A DNA stretch of 52,353 bases from a virus (Duplodnaviria; Caudoviricetes). The stretch spans positions 1 to 52,353 of IMG/VR virus record IMGVR_UViG_2029527003_000023. One strand, given 5' to 3'. The translations under genes and the position numbers were made by a program. The notes beneath the pieces were generated by a model. That model made no database searches. It saw only the letters and a list, made by a program, of their open reading frames with translations, and was not told the DNA's origin. This document shows positions 8,179 to 17,023 of this stretch, piece by piece (positions within the stretch are counted from its first letter, which is position 1; each line of letters opens with the position of its first letter).

Positions 8179-8640
8179 ATGGAAATCAAACACGAGCAGA
8201 TCCGCGACGCGCTGCGCGGATGGGCCACGGAGGCCACTCAGCGCACGGTCGCGGCGGAAATCACCCGCGCTTACTTCAAGTTGGAGATGCAGGCGCCGCA
8301 ACTGGTGCAGATCGAACGCGCCGACGGCAGCGTTGATGATGCTGCATGGCACAACAACAAGCAGCAGATCTTTCGCTGGCTCGACAGCGATAGTGCTGGC
8401 GCCCGCCAGAAAATCCAGGAACTGCAGCCGGCGATCCTTGCTGCGCTGCCGGCGGTGCTGCGCGCCAGACTGGTGGCGGGGAATAGCATTGAATACCTGG
8501 CAATCCGCGCGCTGAAGGAACACCAGGAGGCGATCGCCGCCGCGCTGCTGCACGCATCACCGGCAGATTTTGAAAGAGAGTGCGACGAGGCGGAGCGCAG
8601 CTTCTACGAGCTGCGGCGAGCCTACAGTGCACTGCATTAA
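8179..8640 (+). CDS. ydaT: YdaT-family CII-like regulator
   Basis: MEIKHEQIR...QQIFRWLD...IQELQPAILAALP resembles Rac YdaT; sits in the cII position. Confidence 0.78.
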   Translation: MEIKHEQIRDALRGWATEATQRTVAAEITRAYFKLEMQAPQLVQIERADGSVDDAAWHNNKQQIFRWLDSDSAGARQKIQELQPAILAALPAVLRARLVAGNSIEYLAIRALKEHQEAIAAALLHASPADFERECDEAERSFYELRRAYSALH

Positions 8641-8654
8641 CCGAGGCATGACCA

Positions 8655-8891
8655 ATGACCATTAATCACGACGATTTCCTGCAGAAGCAGATCACCGCGC
8701 AGCTGCGCGAGGCACGGTTCGATGAGGCGGTTGCCACGACGTCGGCGGCGGCTGCCGTACAGCACCAGCGCCACAACCCGAACATGAAACTGCCCGACCT
8801 GTTGGTCTGGGCGCGAAGTTTTGCAAAGCACTGCCAGCGTTTGAAAGGGAAGCCAGCGCCGCAGGGAGCACGCGCGACGGCGCGAAACTGA
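8655..8891 (+). CDS. Hypothetical phage protein
   Basis: 78-aa ORF with GAGG RBS between ydaT and the replication initiator. Confidence 0.65.
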   Translation: MTINHDDFLQKQITAQLREARFDEAVATTSAAAAVQHQRHNPNMKLPDLLVWARSFAKHCQRLKGKPAPQGARATARN

Positions 8892-8911
8892 CCTTTTAAG
8901 AAACGCAAACC

Positions 8912-9387
8912 GTAACGCTGTCGGCGTTACAGATTACAGAAAGTTGAGGCACATATGGCGGCAAGTTGGATCAAGGTTGAAGTGATAACCCCGGATAAAC
9001 CGGAGGTGTTCCAGCTGTCGGAAATCCTGAATCTGGACCCGGACGCCGTGTTAGGCAAGTTGGTCAGATTATGGGCGTGGGCCGATCAACAGACCATTGA
9101 CGGTAACGCAAAGTGTAACGCTGCGAGCGTTACAAAAAATGCAGTTGATCGGATCACTTTCGTTTCCGGTTTTGCAGATGCGCTGATCAGCGTTGGCTGG
9201 CTGGCGCTCGATGGGGAGACGTTGGTTTTTCCGAACTTTGAAAGGCATAACGGAAATTCATCTAAAAAACGAGCGCTTACGAATAATCGCGTTGCAAATT
9301 CAAGGAAAGTGAAACGCGGGAGTAACGCAAAAGGTAACGCAATTAGTAACGCTGCGAGCGTTACAGATGCGTATCAAAAAGCGTTAC
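8912..9387. repeat. GTAACGC iterons and palindromes: putative replication origin
   Basis: GTAACGC-N5-GCGTTAC at 8912-8930, 9115-9133 and 9346-9364, with extra half-sites at 9103, 9322, 9334 and 9381. Confidence 0.75.
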
Positions 9388-9956
9388 CAGAAGTAGAGGA
9401 AGAAGAAGATCTAAAAGATAAACCCCTCTCTCTATCGGGAGCGGGCGAAATTTCACCAGATGGACAGGGATCACCGCCGACACCCTGGGAAGACCAAGAC
9501 GACGAGAACCCAAGCGGAAAATTTCCGATGAGCACCAGCTGGGCGCCGACGGTTGATTTCCAGCGATTGGCGGCGTTGTGGGGCCGAATTATCGACGGCC
9601 CGGCGCCAGGATACACCCCGCAGGAGCTGGCGAGCTTCCAGGCGTACTGGAAAGCCGGTGGCAGGGTATTTAACCAGACGCAGTGGGAGCAGAAATTCGC
9701 CGACAGCGTGCTCTACGAGCGCCAGGCGGCGGCCAAACGAAAGCAGCATGCAGGAGGTTCAAATGCGACCAGATACACCGCAGCAGCAGCTACCGCTCAG
9801 CAGCAGGTCAGGGCCGCACGAAACGCAGAACGGGAGCGACAGGGCTTGGCTCCTCTGGGAGACGATGGCGGGGATTTACGCCAACCGCTGGGTGACCAAA
9901 AACGGGGTGGCACCATCCACGATCTGGGGCCAGACGATTTCGAAATTCTCAGATGA
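8955..9956 (+). CDS. Replication initiator (O-like/YdaU-like, DnaT-like C-terminal domain)
   Basis: WIKVEVITPDKPE N-terminus, internal iterons and FPMSTSWAP...ELASFQAYW...QWEQKFA domain. Confidence 0.85.
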   Translation: MAASWIKVEVITPDKPEVFQLSEILNLDPDAVLGKLVRLWAWADQQTIDGNAKCNAASVTKNAVDRITFVSGFADALISVGWLALDGETLVFPNFERHNGNSSKKRALTNNRVANSRKVKRGSNAKGNAISNAASVTDAYQKALPEVEEEEDLKDKPLSLSGAGEISPDGQGSPPTPWEDQDDENPSGKFPMSTSWAPTVDFQRLAALWGRIIDGPAPGYTPQELASFQAYWKAGGRVFNQTQWEQKFADSVLYERQAAAKRKQHAGGSNATRYTAAAATAQQQVRAARNAERERQGLAPLGDDGGDLRQPLGDQKRGGTIHDLGPDDFEILR

Positions 9957-10440
9957 CCAATTGGCCTACGCCACGCGCCGGTGCATGGAGCGCTGCAGCG
10001 CCGGTAACCACTGGCCGCCTGACCTCGCGGAATTTACTGCGATCGTCGGCGAGTGCACGGCCAACCCGTTCGGCTTGTCGGCGGACGACGTCATGACCGA
10101 ATACCGGCGTTGGCGCAACGAATCTTGGCGTTTCGACGGCGCAGATAGTTTCGACTGGCGCCACCCGGTGCTGTTCCAGATTTGCCCGGAGCTCCGCCGC
10201 GCCGGCGTAGAGCGCAAGCTGGGACACAACGAACTCGCCGCACTGGCCGGCCGGCTGCTGGCGAAGTGGGCAAAGCAGGTGGAAATGGGATTCTCAATCC
10301 CGCCAGTGCGAAAAACGAAAGCACTGGAGAACAGGCCGCCGGGCGACGCACAAGTCGCTGACACGGACGGACGCTATCAGCGAAAGGGCATGGAAATGAT
10401 AGAAAAAATAAGGAGTGTTATTAAACGAGATTGTAGCTAA
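9763..10440 (+). CDS. Replication protein P-like
   Basis: AGGAGG RBS before ATG 9763 (in frame with track ORF 9553..10440); WPPDLAEF motif; overlaps the initiator 3' end. Confidence 0.7.
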   Translation: MRPDTPQQQLPLSSRSGPHETQNGSDRAWLLWETMAGIYANRWVTKNGVAPSTIWGQTISKFSDDQLAYATRRCMERCSAGNHWPPDLAEFTAIVGECTANPFGLSADDVMTEYRRWRNESWRFDGADSFDWRHPVLFQICPELRRAGVERKLGHNELAALAGRLLAKWAKQVEMGFSIPPVRKTKALENRPPGDAQVADTDGRYQRKGMEMIEKIRSVIKRDCS

Positions 10441-10445
10441 TTTTT

Positions 10446-10472
10446 ACTGGCGCCATATTCGATGGCGCCAGT
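10446..10472. terminator. Hairpin between convergent genes
   Basis: ACTGGCGCCAT-attcg-ATGGCGCCAGT. Confidence 0.6.
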
Positions 10473-10477
10473 GCTAA

Positions 10478-13285
10478 TTATATTAAAACTCCTTGGGCAG
10501 TCTCTTTCCAAACCGTAGAAAATATTGAGCTATCATCGATCCCATCTGCCTTATCCCAATCTAAATAAACTTCAATATAAAACGGCTGTTCTACTCTGGA
10601 TAGCTCATTTATAACCCTGGCTATTTTCTCATTTATAGGTGGTACATTCCCAATGCTGAGTATTTTCCATTCCTTATTTTCCCATTCTGTCTTTAATCGC
10701 GCCCAACTAGTTCTTGGGTAATTATTCGGTGAAACCAAATCATCTATTTCTGCTTTTCTAATAAATATTCTTTTCCCTATTGTTGGGAATGTTTTGAAAT
10801 ACCCCGATCTATAATTATTATCATCAAGGATTCCTCTCAAAAAGTTAACCTTACTACTTTTAGAACCTCTTCGCGAGTGATATGGTATATAACACTCAAC
10901 AGAATCCATTAGCGTTTGTGATTGCCAAGAACCTAGTTTGTCTGAGAGTACAACAAAATCAATTGAAACCATTTTGGGTTTTAATTCTTTAATTAGGCAT
11001 GCATTTAAAGGAAGTAATTTTCCATTAAAAATAATCAACTGAGAAAAACCATCATCGGCAGCATTGTTATTTACTAAGATGTCTATCCCAGGCATTATTA
11101 ATTTTTTTATTAACTCTTCATTTATTTTTCTATCTTCATTCTTAAATTTAGAGATAATAATTTTGCTAAGGTACTCTGATACATCCTTCATTAATTCATC
11201 TTTAAATTGAAGGTCTCGCGTTGTGAGACTATCTCTTTGAAGATTTAAAGGCATGCGCCCATCCTGATCGTAGACGATAAGTGTTGGGTAATTTGCATTC
11301 ATGTCATGTCTGTTGGTGCTTAAATTTATATTATAAAAGTGGTTGCTTCTAAGTACTTTTATTCCATTGCATATTAGGTTTGTGGAGCGATTCCTCCTTT
11401 CTCTGAGTTCGACATATCCCCAAATTATATCATTAAATTCCGGATGATGAGTTCTATTCCATGGTGTATCGCTTAGATCTTCTTCGTTCATAGGAACGGT
11501 GATGGATTGTTCTAAAATAACTTCTTCCGACTCGTTGCAAATCAATCTATTAACCTTTGGGTGAGGTAAGCAGTACCAGTCCCAATAATCTTCATTAGAA
11601 TAATTGTCGGAGTTTGTTAAGTCTTTAAAGACTTTGTCGTTGATTGTTATAGAGATCTCAGTGCCAATACGAAAATCTATTGGTTTTACACAGATAGCAT
11701 CGCTGTCTTGTCGGCAAGAAAACTCATATCCTGTTTGGTCTGTAACATGACGAGTTTTAACATGTATTTCATCACCAAGAAGATATGCAGCCAGAAGTCC
11801 GATGCCAAATCTGCCTGTTCTATGCACACTCGATTGTCCATCTCTCTCGTGAATAGATTTCCATGAGTCGCTTTTCCTAAATGAAGCACCAATATTTAAA
11901 AAGTAGTTTTCAATTACTGATAGCGTCATTCCTATTCCATGGTCAGATATAATTAATGTATTTTTATCTCCCGTTTTTATTAGTTTAATAGTGACATCAA
12001 TATTATTGCTGCTAATTTCTCGCTCAGCTTTTTTGTAGTAATAGTCGATTAATTCATTACATGCATCAACAGCATTTTGCATCAACTCTCTAATTCCAAC
12101 GCCGGGAGAGTTACCATAAAGTGGAGCAATGAGAAGATTAATCATCTCACTATCTGAGGTCTTTAATTTTAATGTTTTTGGAATGAAGTTGGGCTTTTTG
12201 TCTTTTATAAAAACGCTAGTGCTATCTAATGATGAACGAACTCTTCTGATATTTATACCAATGTTCTTTAAGCTATCCATCCTTCCATATACTTCACCAA
12301 GTATAGACCAGGTTACATCTAGTTCTTTTTGAATGTCTTTAAATAAAGCTGATAATGACTCATACACTATTGCATCTTGAGGTTCTGCATCAATATATAA
12401 TGCTTCAGGATCATCATGCGTCTGATTTATCTCTTTTATAGCGTTGTGCTTTTTCCATTCTTTTTTTGAAATTGGACTCGAAAGAGATTTTATTTCTAAT
12501 AATTGATTTTCTGCCCTCGTACTGTGTATTTGTATATAGTCTGATATTCTCAGAACTGCCATAATGAATGGTACATGCGTATTGTAGTGGACTCTGCGCT
12601 TCGATTGTTCAAGTAGATCAATTGCGCTTCTTAGTCCCATATTATGACTTCTTGCTATGAATCCAAAGAGATCGAGAATATCGTTATCGAAACCTTCAAG
12701 TCGTACTCTTGATTCTGAGGGGCCTGGTATCCCGTTAAGGGCGATGTGGTGTGCAAGTGTTGCATGATGCCTTCTTAAAAACTCGCCAATAAGTAGTTTG
12801 TCTCGCAAGTTCAAATCTAGTTTATTGAGTGGGATGTCTCTTACTGGTGTATCATCACCAAAAAGGGATCTTAGTTTTTTTCCATCGAATCTCTTTGCCT
12901 CTGCAAAAAATTCATGCCAAGCATGACTCCAGTCAATGTCATTTTCAAAATATCGTGATTTACCAGGGGGGTATTTTTTATTTATTAGTGAGTAAAAACC
13001 ATCTTCACTGAGATGCATTGCACAGTCATGCAATAGTGTTGAAGTTATTATGGCTGCTGCATCATTGGCCGTAATGGATGGCCAACTCTCATCTGTAATT
13101 AGGCTATCTGCAGTATTAATTACTTCCTGCAAATGAGTAATGCCATGGTCGGTATATTCAGGGAAGAAAACTGTCTTGTTATCGCTGAACCAAGGATTAA
13201 GTTTAGACAGTGAGGAATAGACCGCGCCACAAAGAGCTGGGTTTTTTTCAAGCTTGGTTTTAAGCCGATCAGGAATAGTGATCAT
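10478..13285 (-). CDS. HD-domain (HD-CE-like) + HSP90/GHKL ATPase fusion protein; accessory gene
   Basis: YTDHGITH, LLHDCAMH, RSHN and LRISD HD motifs; RELMQNAVDA, DHGIGM, GRFGIG and GT GHKL boxes; AT-rich and antisense to phage genes. Confidence 0.85.
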   Translation of the reverse strand: MITIPDRLKTKLEKNPALCGAVYSSLSKLNPWFSDNKTVFFPEYTDHGITHLQEVINTADSLITDESWPSITANDAAAIITSTLLHDCAMHLSEDGFYSLINKKYPPGKSRYFENDIDWSHAWHEFFAEAKRFDGKKLRSLFGDDTPVRDIPLNKLDLNLRDKLLIGEFLRRHHATLAHHIALNGIPGPSESRVRLEGFDNDILDLFGFIARSHNMGLRSAIDLLEQSKRRVHYNTHVPFIMAVLRISDYIQIHSTRAENQLLEIKSLSSPISKKEWKKHNAIKEINQTHDDPEALYIDAEPQDAIVYESLSALFKDIQKELDVTWSILGEVYGRMDSLKNIGINIRRVRSSLDSTSVFIKDKKPNFIPKTLKLKTSDSEMINLLIAPLYGNSPGVGIRELMQNAVDACNELIDYYYKKAEREISSNNIDVTIKLIKTGDKNTLIISDHGIGMTLSVIENYFLNIGASFRKSDSWKSIHERDGQSSVHRTGRFGIGLLAAYLLGDEIHVKTRHVTDQTGYEFSCRQDSDAICVKPIDFRIGTEISITINDKVFKDLTNSDNYSNEDYWDWYCLPHPKVNRLICNESEEVILEQSITVPMNEEDLSDTPWNRTHHPEFNDIIWGYVELRERRNRSTNLICNGIKVLRSNHFYNINLSTNRHDMNANYPTLIVYDQDGRMPLNLQRDSLTTRDLQFKDELMKDVSEYLSKIIISKFKNEDRKINEELIKKLIMPGIDILVNNNAADDGFSQLIIFNGKLLPLNACLIKELKPKMVSIDFVVLSDKLGSWQSQTLMDSVECYIPYHSRRGSKSSKVNFLRGILDDNNYRSGYFKTFPTIGKRIFIRKAEIDDLVSPNNYPRTSWARLKTEWENKEWKILSIGNVPPINEKIARVINELSRVEQPFYIEVYLDWDKADGIDDSSIFSTVWKETAQGVLI

Positions 13286-13461
13286 GATTTCTCCATTTTC
13301 ATATAACTAATAATGCTAATTATCATCTTTGATTATTATTTTAGTGTTTGCAGAACCAATTTATAACATAAAGATATCTTTACTTTAATACTCGCTACGC
13401 AAAACTGAGAGCAGTGTTCAAAAGCTAAGTGGCTCGGATGCCTGATAGCGATTCAAAATCA

Positions 13462-13477
13462 CTGTTTATTTGTACAG
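13462..13477. promoter_or_regulatory. LexA (SOS) box
   Basis: CTGTTTATTTGTACAG = CTG-N10-CAG with an AT-rich spacer, upstream of a TG-n-TGTAAT element and ORF 13534. Confidence 0.75.
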
Positions 13478-13533
13478 TATTTTGGTGTAATAATTGTGGT
13501 ACGAAGTAATCCGAGAATGTCGGAGAAAAAATA

Positions 13534-13710
13534 ATGGATGTAAAACAAGATGTTGCTCGTGTTTTGCCCGAGAATGGTCGGGCGCTGGTTTACATGACCC
13601 ACGGGGCGATAACTGCGGTTTTACCGCTGAAGGAGAGCCAGATTGTCGCCGATACTGAGCTCATGATTGTGCTGCTCCGACGAATGGGCTACGACGTCCG
13701 GAGAAAGTGA
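13534..13710 (+). CDS. 58-aa protein downstream of a LexA box; candidate antirepressor (not in ORF track)
   Basis: GGAG RBS; MDVKQDVARVLPENGRALVYMTHGAITAVLPLKESQIVADTELMIVLLRRMGYDVRRK*; function inferred from context. Confidence 0.65.
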   Translation: MDVKQDVARVLPENGRALVYMTHGAITAVLPLKESQIVADTELMIVLLRRMGYDVRRK

Positions 13711-13770
13711 TATAATCCTCTTCATCAGCCTGAACAGCTGATCACCTGCTGCGCCACCACGGAGACGAAA

Positions 13771-14367
13771 ATGGCGCAGTATTCGTTTTACAAATCCCAA
13801 GGCGGGATCCTCGTGCCGGCAACGCCCGACACGGTCGATTTCGTCATGAACAAACTCAAGCTGGGGGCTGTTGTCACTGGCGAGTTTAAGCGCGCCCGAA
13901 ATCCCGGACTGCACCGCAAATTTTTCTCACTCCTGAATCTCGGTTTTGAATACTGGACCCCGACTGGCGGCGCAGTATCAACGTTTGAGCGCCAATTTCT
14001 CCGCGGGTATATCAATCGCCTGGCGCGCCATGTTGACGATGCTGGAGTGTTCTATGCGCTGGCGGACGAATACCTGCAGCTGGTGGCCGAGAAGCGCGCC
14101 GAACGGCTGACGATTGCAAAATCCTTCCACGCTTTCCGCCGATGGGTAACTGTCGAAGCGGGGCATTATGACCTTTTTGAACTCCCCGACGGTTCGACCC
14201 TGCGCGAGCCACGTTCGATCTCATTCGCAAAAATGGACGACCTCGAATTTAACGATCTGTACCTGGCAGCGCTTAACGTGCTGTGGACCTTCATCTTAAA
14301 CAAATCTTTCCCAACCATCGCCGAGGCAGAGAACGCCGCGGCTCAGCTTATGGAGTTTTCGTTATGA
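13771..14367 (+). CDS. DUF1367-family nin-region protein
   Basis: RNPGLHRKFFSLLNLGFEYW, KSFHAFRRWVTVEAGHY and PRSISFAKMD motifs. Confidence 0.8.
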   Translation: MAQYSFYKSQGGILVPATPDTVDFVMNKLKLGAVVTGEFKRARNPGLHRKFFSLLNLGFEYWTPTGGAVSTFERQFLRGYINRLARHVDDAGVFYALADEYLQLVAEKRAERLTIAKSFHAFRRWVTVEAGHYDLFELPDGSTLREPRSISFAKMDDLEFNDLYLAALNVLWTFILNKSFPTIAEAENAAAQLMEFSL

Positions 14368-14795
14368 GTGATTGTGTTTATTGGGAAAAATGCAAAGACA
14401 AAGACGGCTACGGCATGACGTTTCATAACGGTAAAGTCGTAAGGGCTCATCGGTTGGCATATTGCGAGGCAAATAACCGCAATCTTGTCGAAATAGAGGG
14501 GCTTGTTGTTAGGCATAGGTGCAATAACCCGTCATGTGTCAATCCAGCACATCTTTTAATCGGAACTCAAGCCGACAACAACAGAGATCGCGTGTACGCC
14601 AATCGATCGCATCGTCCATCCGGTGAAAAAAATTGTTCCGCAGTATTAAGTGAATCAGCAGTAAGGGAGATCAAACGCCGACATAAACGTGGGCTAAAAG
14701 TCACTCATGAAGCGCTAGGCAGAGAGTTTGGTGTATCACAGGCAACCATTAGTCGAATTATATCTGGGAAGCGTTGGGGGTATGTAAAAGCATGA
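14364..14795 (+). CDS. HNH endonuclease with C-terminal HTH
   Basis: AHRLAY...VRHRCNNPSCVNPAHLLIGTQADN; ATGA overlaps with both neighbours. Confidence 0.85.
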   Translation: MSDCVYWEKCKDKDGYGMTFHNGKVVRAHRLAYCEANNRNLVEIEGLVVRHRCNNPSCVNPAHLLIGTQADNNRDRVYANRSHRPSGEKNCSAVLSESAVREIKRRHKRGLKVTHEALGREFGVSQATISRIISGKRWGYVKA

Positions 14796-15076
14796 GCAAA
14801 CTGACAGACGAGGCCCGTGGCCGTGATTGCCAAATTAGGATCCCCGGCATCTGTAACCGAAACCCAGAAACAACCGTCGCCGCACATTACCGGCTGGCCG
14901 GCACCTGCGGCACGGCAATAAAGCCGGACGACACGCAGGCGGCGTGGGCCTGCAGTGCCTGCCACGATGAAATAGACCGCCGCACACGCCTTATCGACGC
15001 GAACGATGCTCGACTGATGCACGCCGAAGGTGTCATGCGCACGCAAGAAATTTTGAGAAAGGAAGGAAAGCTATGA
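14792..15076 (+). CDS. DUF1364/YbcO-family putative nuclease
   Basis: ARGRDCQIRIPGICN...AHYR...CSACHDEID. Confidence 0.82.
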   Translation: MSKLTDEARGRDCQIRIPGICNRNPETTVAAHYRLAGTCGTAIKPDDTQAAWACSACHDEIDRRTRLIDANDARLMHAEGVMRTQEILRKEGKL

Positions 15077-15633
15077 TCTACCCTGACAACATCGGTAAAG
15101 GCGACGGCAAAGAGCTGCATTTGCGTGCACTGGAGCGCGTTTGGATACAGGGGCGGCTGAAAATGTGGGGCCGGTGGTCAGGGATGGAAAGTTTCGGCAG
15201 AGCCGGTAACATGTTTAACCGACTACTGACGAGTAACAAGGTGACAAAAGCGGCGATCACCCAGGCTCTGAATCAGCTGAAAAAGGCGGGATGTGAGCAG
15301 GAAGAATTGCGCCAGTATCTGCTCGACATTCTGGAGGGGAAACAAAAAAGCAGCCTGGCATTTTGCACTGATTCGGAGGCGGCGATCATGGATCGGGTGA
15401 TCGGTGCCGTCCTGCTGGATTACCCAGGGCTGAAATTTATCATTCAGCAGCGCTATATCGGGAAAGGAAAAAGCCTGAAGGAGATGGCCGCAGACCTGCA
15501 TGATTACCGCCCTGATTGGTGTATGCGCACCTGCGAGACGCGCGTCGCGGTGTGGGTGAAAACGGCCGAATTCATGCTTTACCGTCCGATGAGTGATGCA
15601 TTTGAGATGAATAGCGAGCGATTTTATCGTTGA
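15073..15633 (+). CDS. Late antiterminator Q-like protein (DUF1133 family)
   Basis: LERVWIQGRLKMWGRWS motif; last gene before the late control region and lysis genes. Confidence 0.72.
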   Translation: MIYPDNIGKGDGKELHLRALERVWIQGRLKMWGRWSGMESFGRAGNMFNRLLTSNKVTKAAITQALNQLKKAGCEQEELRQYLLDILEGKQKSSLAFCTDSEAAIMDRVIGAVLLDYPGLKFIIQQRYIGKGKSLKEMAADLHDYRPDWCMRTCETRVAVWVKTAEFMLYRPMSDAFEMNSERFYR

Positions 15634-15702
15634 CTTTGCGCGGAAATTGATTAAATTGGTATAAGCTTCGCGAAGTTATATCCGCAGCGACAAATTCAAA
15701 AG

Positions 15703-15727
15703 AAACCCGCCATTGAGCGGGTTTTTT
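15703..15727 (+). terminator. Late-leader terminator (tR'-like)
   Basis: AAACCCGC-cattga-GCGGGTTT followed by TTT, about 70 nt after Q. Confidence 0.75.
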
Positions 15728-15760
15728 GCTAAAATAGCCTTCTTTAAAATGGAGGGCATC

Positions 15761-16417
15761 ATGGATTGGCAAGGTATTCCTTTTAAATTTTTGGGCGAAG
15801 AACCTTTACAGCAAGCATTTTTAAGTGTTAGTCATCTTCCGAATATAATTGTGAAAACTGATTTTGCGGTTGACACCTTTTTATCAGGTTTATTTGCTGG
15901 TCTCATTCCCGCTGGTGTTGCCATCTGGGCGATGCGCGCGAATGCAAAAAACATTCGAGAGGAACGATTACACCAAGAAAAATTATCCAGCATAACAATT
16001 ACAAAGCAAATTGTATCTGCATCTCGTCAAGTTTGGATTAATGAGCTTAGGGATTCAACTGCAAAATATATAGGTGTTGCATCCTCAGTAACTAATTGTT
16101 TGAATATTATGACCAGAGAGCGTTGTAATAACGCGGCAGAAACCCCTCTCTACGCTAGAATGTATGAAGAACAGAGGGTTGGTAAGGCAGAGTTAGGTGT
16201 ATTAAAAACAAAAGTAGAGCTATTATTAAATCCTGATGAAGAGTCATCAAAAAGAGTCTACAAAGCACTTGAGGATATTCGCAAAGAGATTGTAAATAGG
16301 GATAGGCCACAAGATAAAAGGATTGAATTTAACGTCCTTAGACCACTCTATACAGCGTTAAGGTTAAGCGTGCAAGATGTTATTAAAACAGAATGGAATA
16401 AATTAAAGGAAGATTGA
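15761..16417 (+). CDS. Moron: hypothetical single-TM protein
   Basis: GGAGGG RBS; hydrophobic FLSGLFAGLIPAGVAIWAM then a helical domain; AT-rich; extended -10 TGcTAAAAT at 15727-15735. Confidence 0.75.
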   Translation: MDWQGIPFKFLGEEPLQQAFLSVSHLPNIIVKTDFAVDTFLSGLFAGLIPAGVAIWAMRANAKNIREERLHQEKLSSITITKQIVSASRQVWINELRDSTAKYIGVASSVTNCLNIMTRERCNNAAETPLYARMYEEQRVGKAELGVLKTKVELLLNPDEESSKRVYKALEDIRKEIVNRDRPQDKRIEFNVLRPLYTALRLSVQDVIKTEWNKLKED

Positions 16418-16685
16418 TTTCATCTCGTTTTTATATAATCGATTCATTTTTAATTGACGTTCATTTGATTATTTACGCAATTTGATGAGTTTCTCTCATG
16501 CTATCTCGGCGAGTTTTAGCTCTCTGAGATAGTATACATTCATCAACAGACACGAGTACACCGAACCACTGCTCATACGTTCAACCAATTCCGCTATATC
16601 CGCTTTTTGAATAAGCGGGCGCGCCGGCGGCTTAACACGAAATTGTTCAGCCCGAAGCCGTATTCTAAACCCGAAATTTCACCCT

Positions 16686-16709
16686 AGCCCGGCTGCCGTC
16701 GGGCTTTTT
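16686..16709 (+). terminator. Terminator upstream of holin
   Basis: AGCCCGG...TCGGGCT followed by TTTT. Confidence 0.6.
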
Positions 16710-16750
16710 CATTTCTGCAATGCCCGCCGCGGCCCGCGGAGGTGGGGATC

Positions 16751-17023
16751 ATGAAAATGAACGACAGCTACTCGAACGCTACCTATTGGCTCGCGGGCAT
16801 ATCTGCCTTTTTCGCCGGGTTAACGCTGCAGGACTGGGGTTTCATCATTGGCCTGGCCGTCAGTATCGCCCTGGGCATATTGACCTACCGCCTCAATCGG
16901 CGAGAGCAGATGAAACGAACGCAGATCCTGCGCGACATTTTGAGCAAGACCAACAGCGCCAACCCATCAGCCACCGCGACAATCGTCGCAGAATTGGGCC
17001 AAAAAGCTCCGAGAGAAATCTGA
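16751..17023 (+). CDS. Holin (two TM segments, Met-Lys-Met dual start)
   Basis: Two hydrophobic segments and a basic C-terminus; immediately before the endolysin. Confidence 0.85.
   Translation: MKMNDSYSNATYWLAGISAFFAGLTLQDWGFIIGLAVSIALGILTYRLNRREQMKRTQILRDILSKTNSANPSATATIVAELGQKAPREI

Noticed and set aside
16720-17022. 264-aa N-terminally extended endolysin in the ORF track
   Set aside because: The extension overlaps the holin in another frame; the SAR endolysin starts at ATG 17023 (TGATG coupling).
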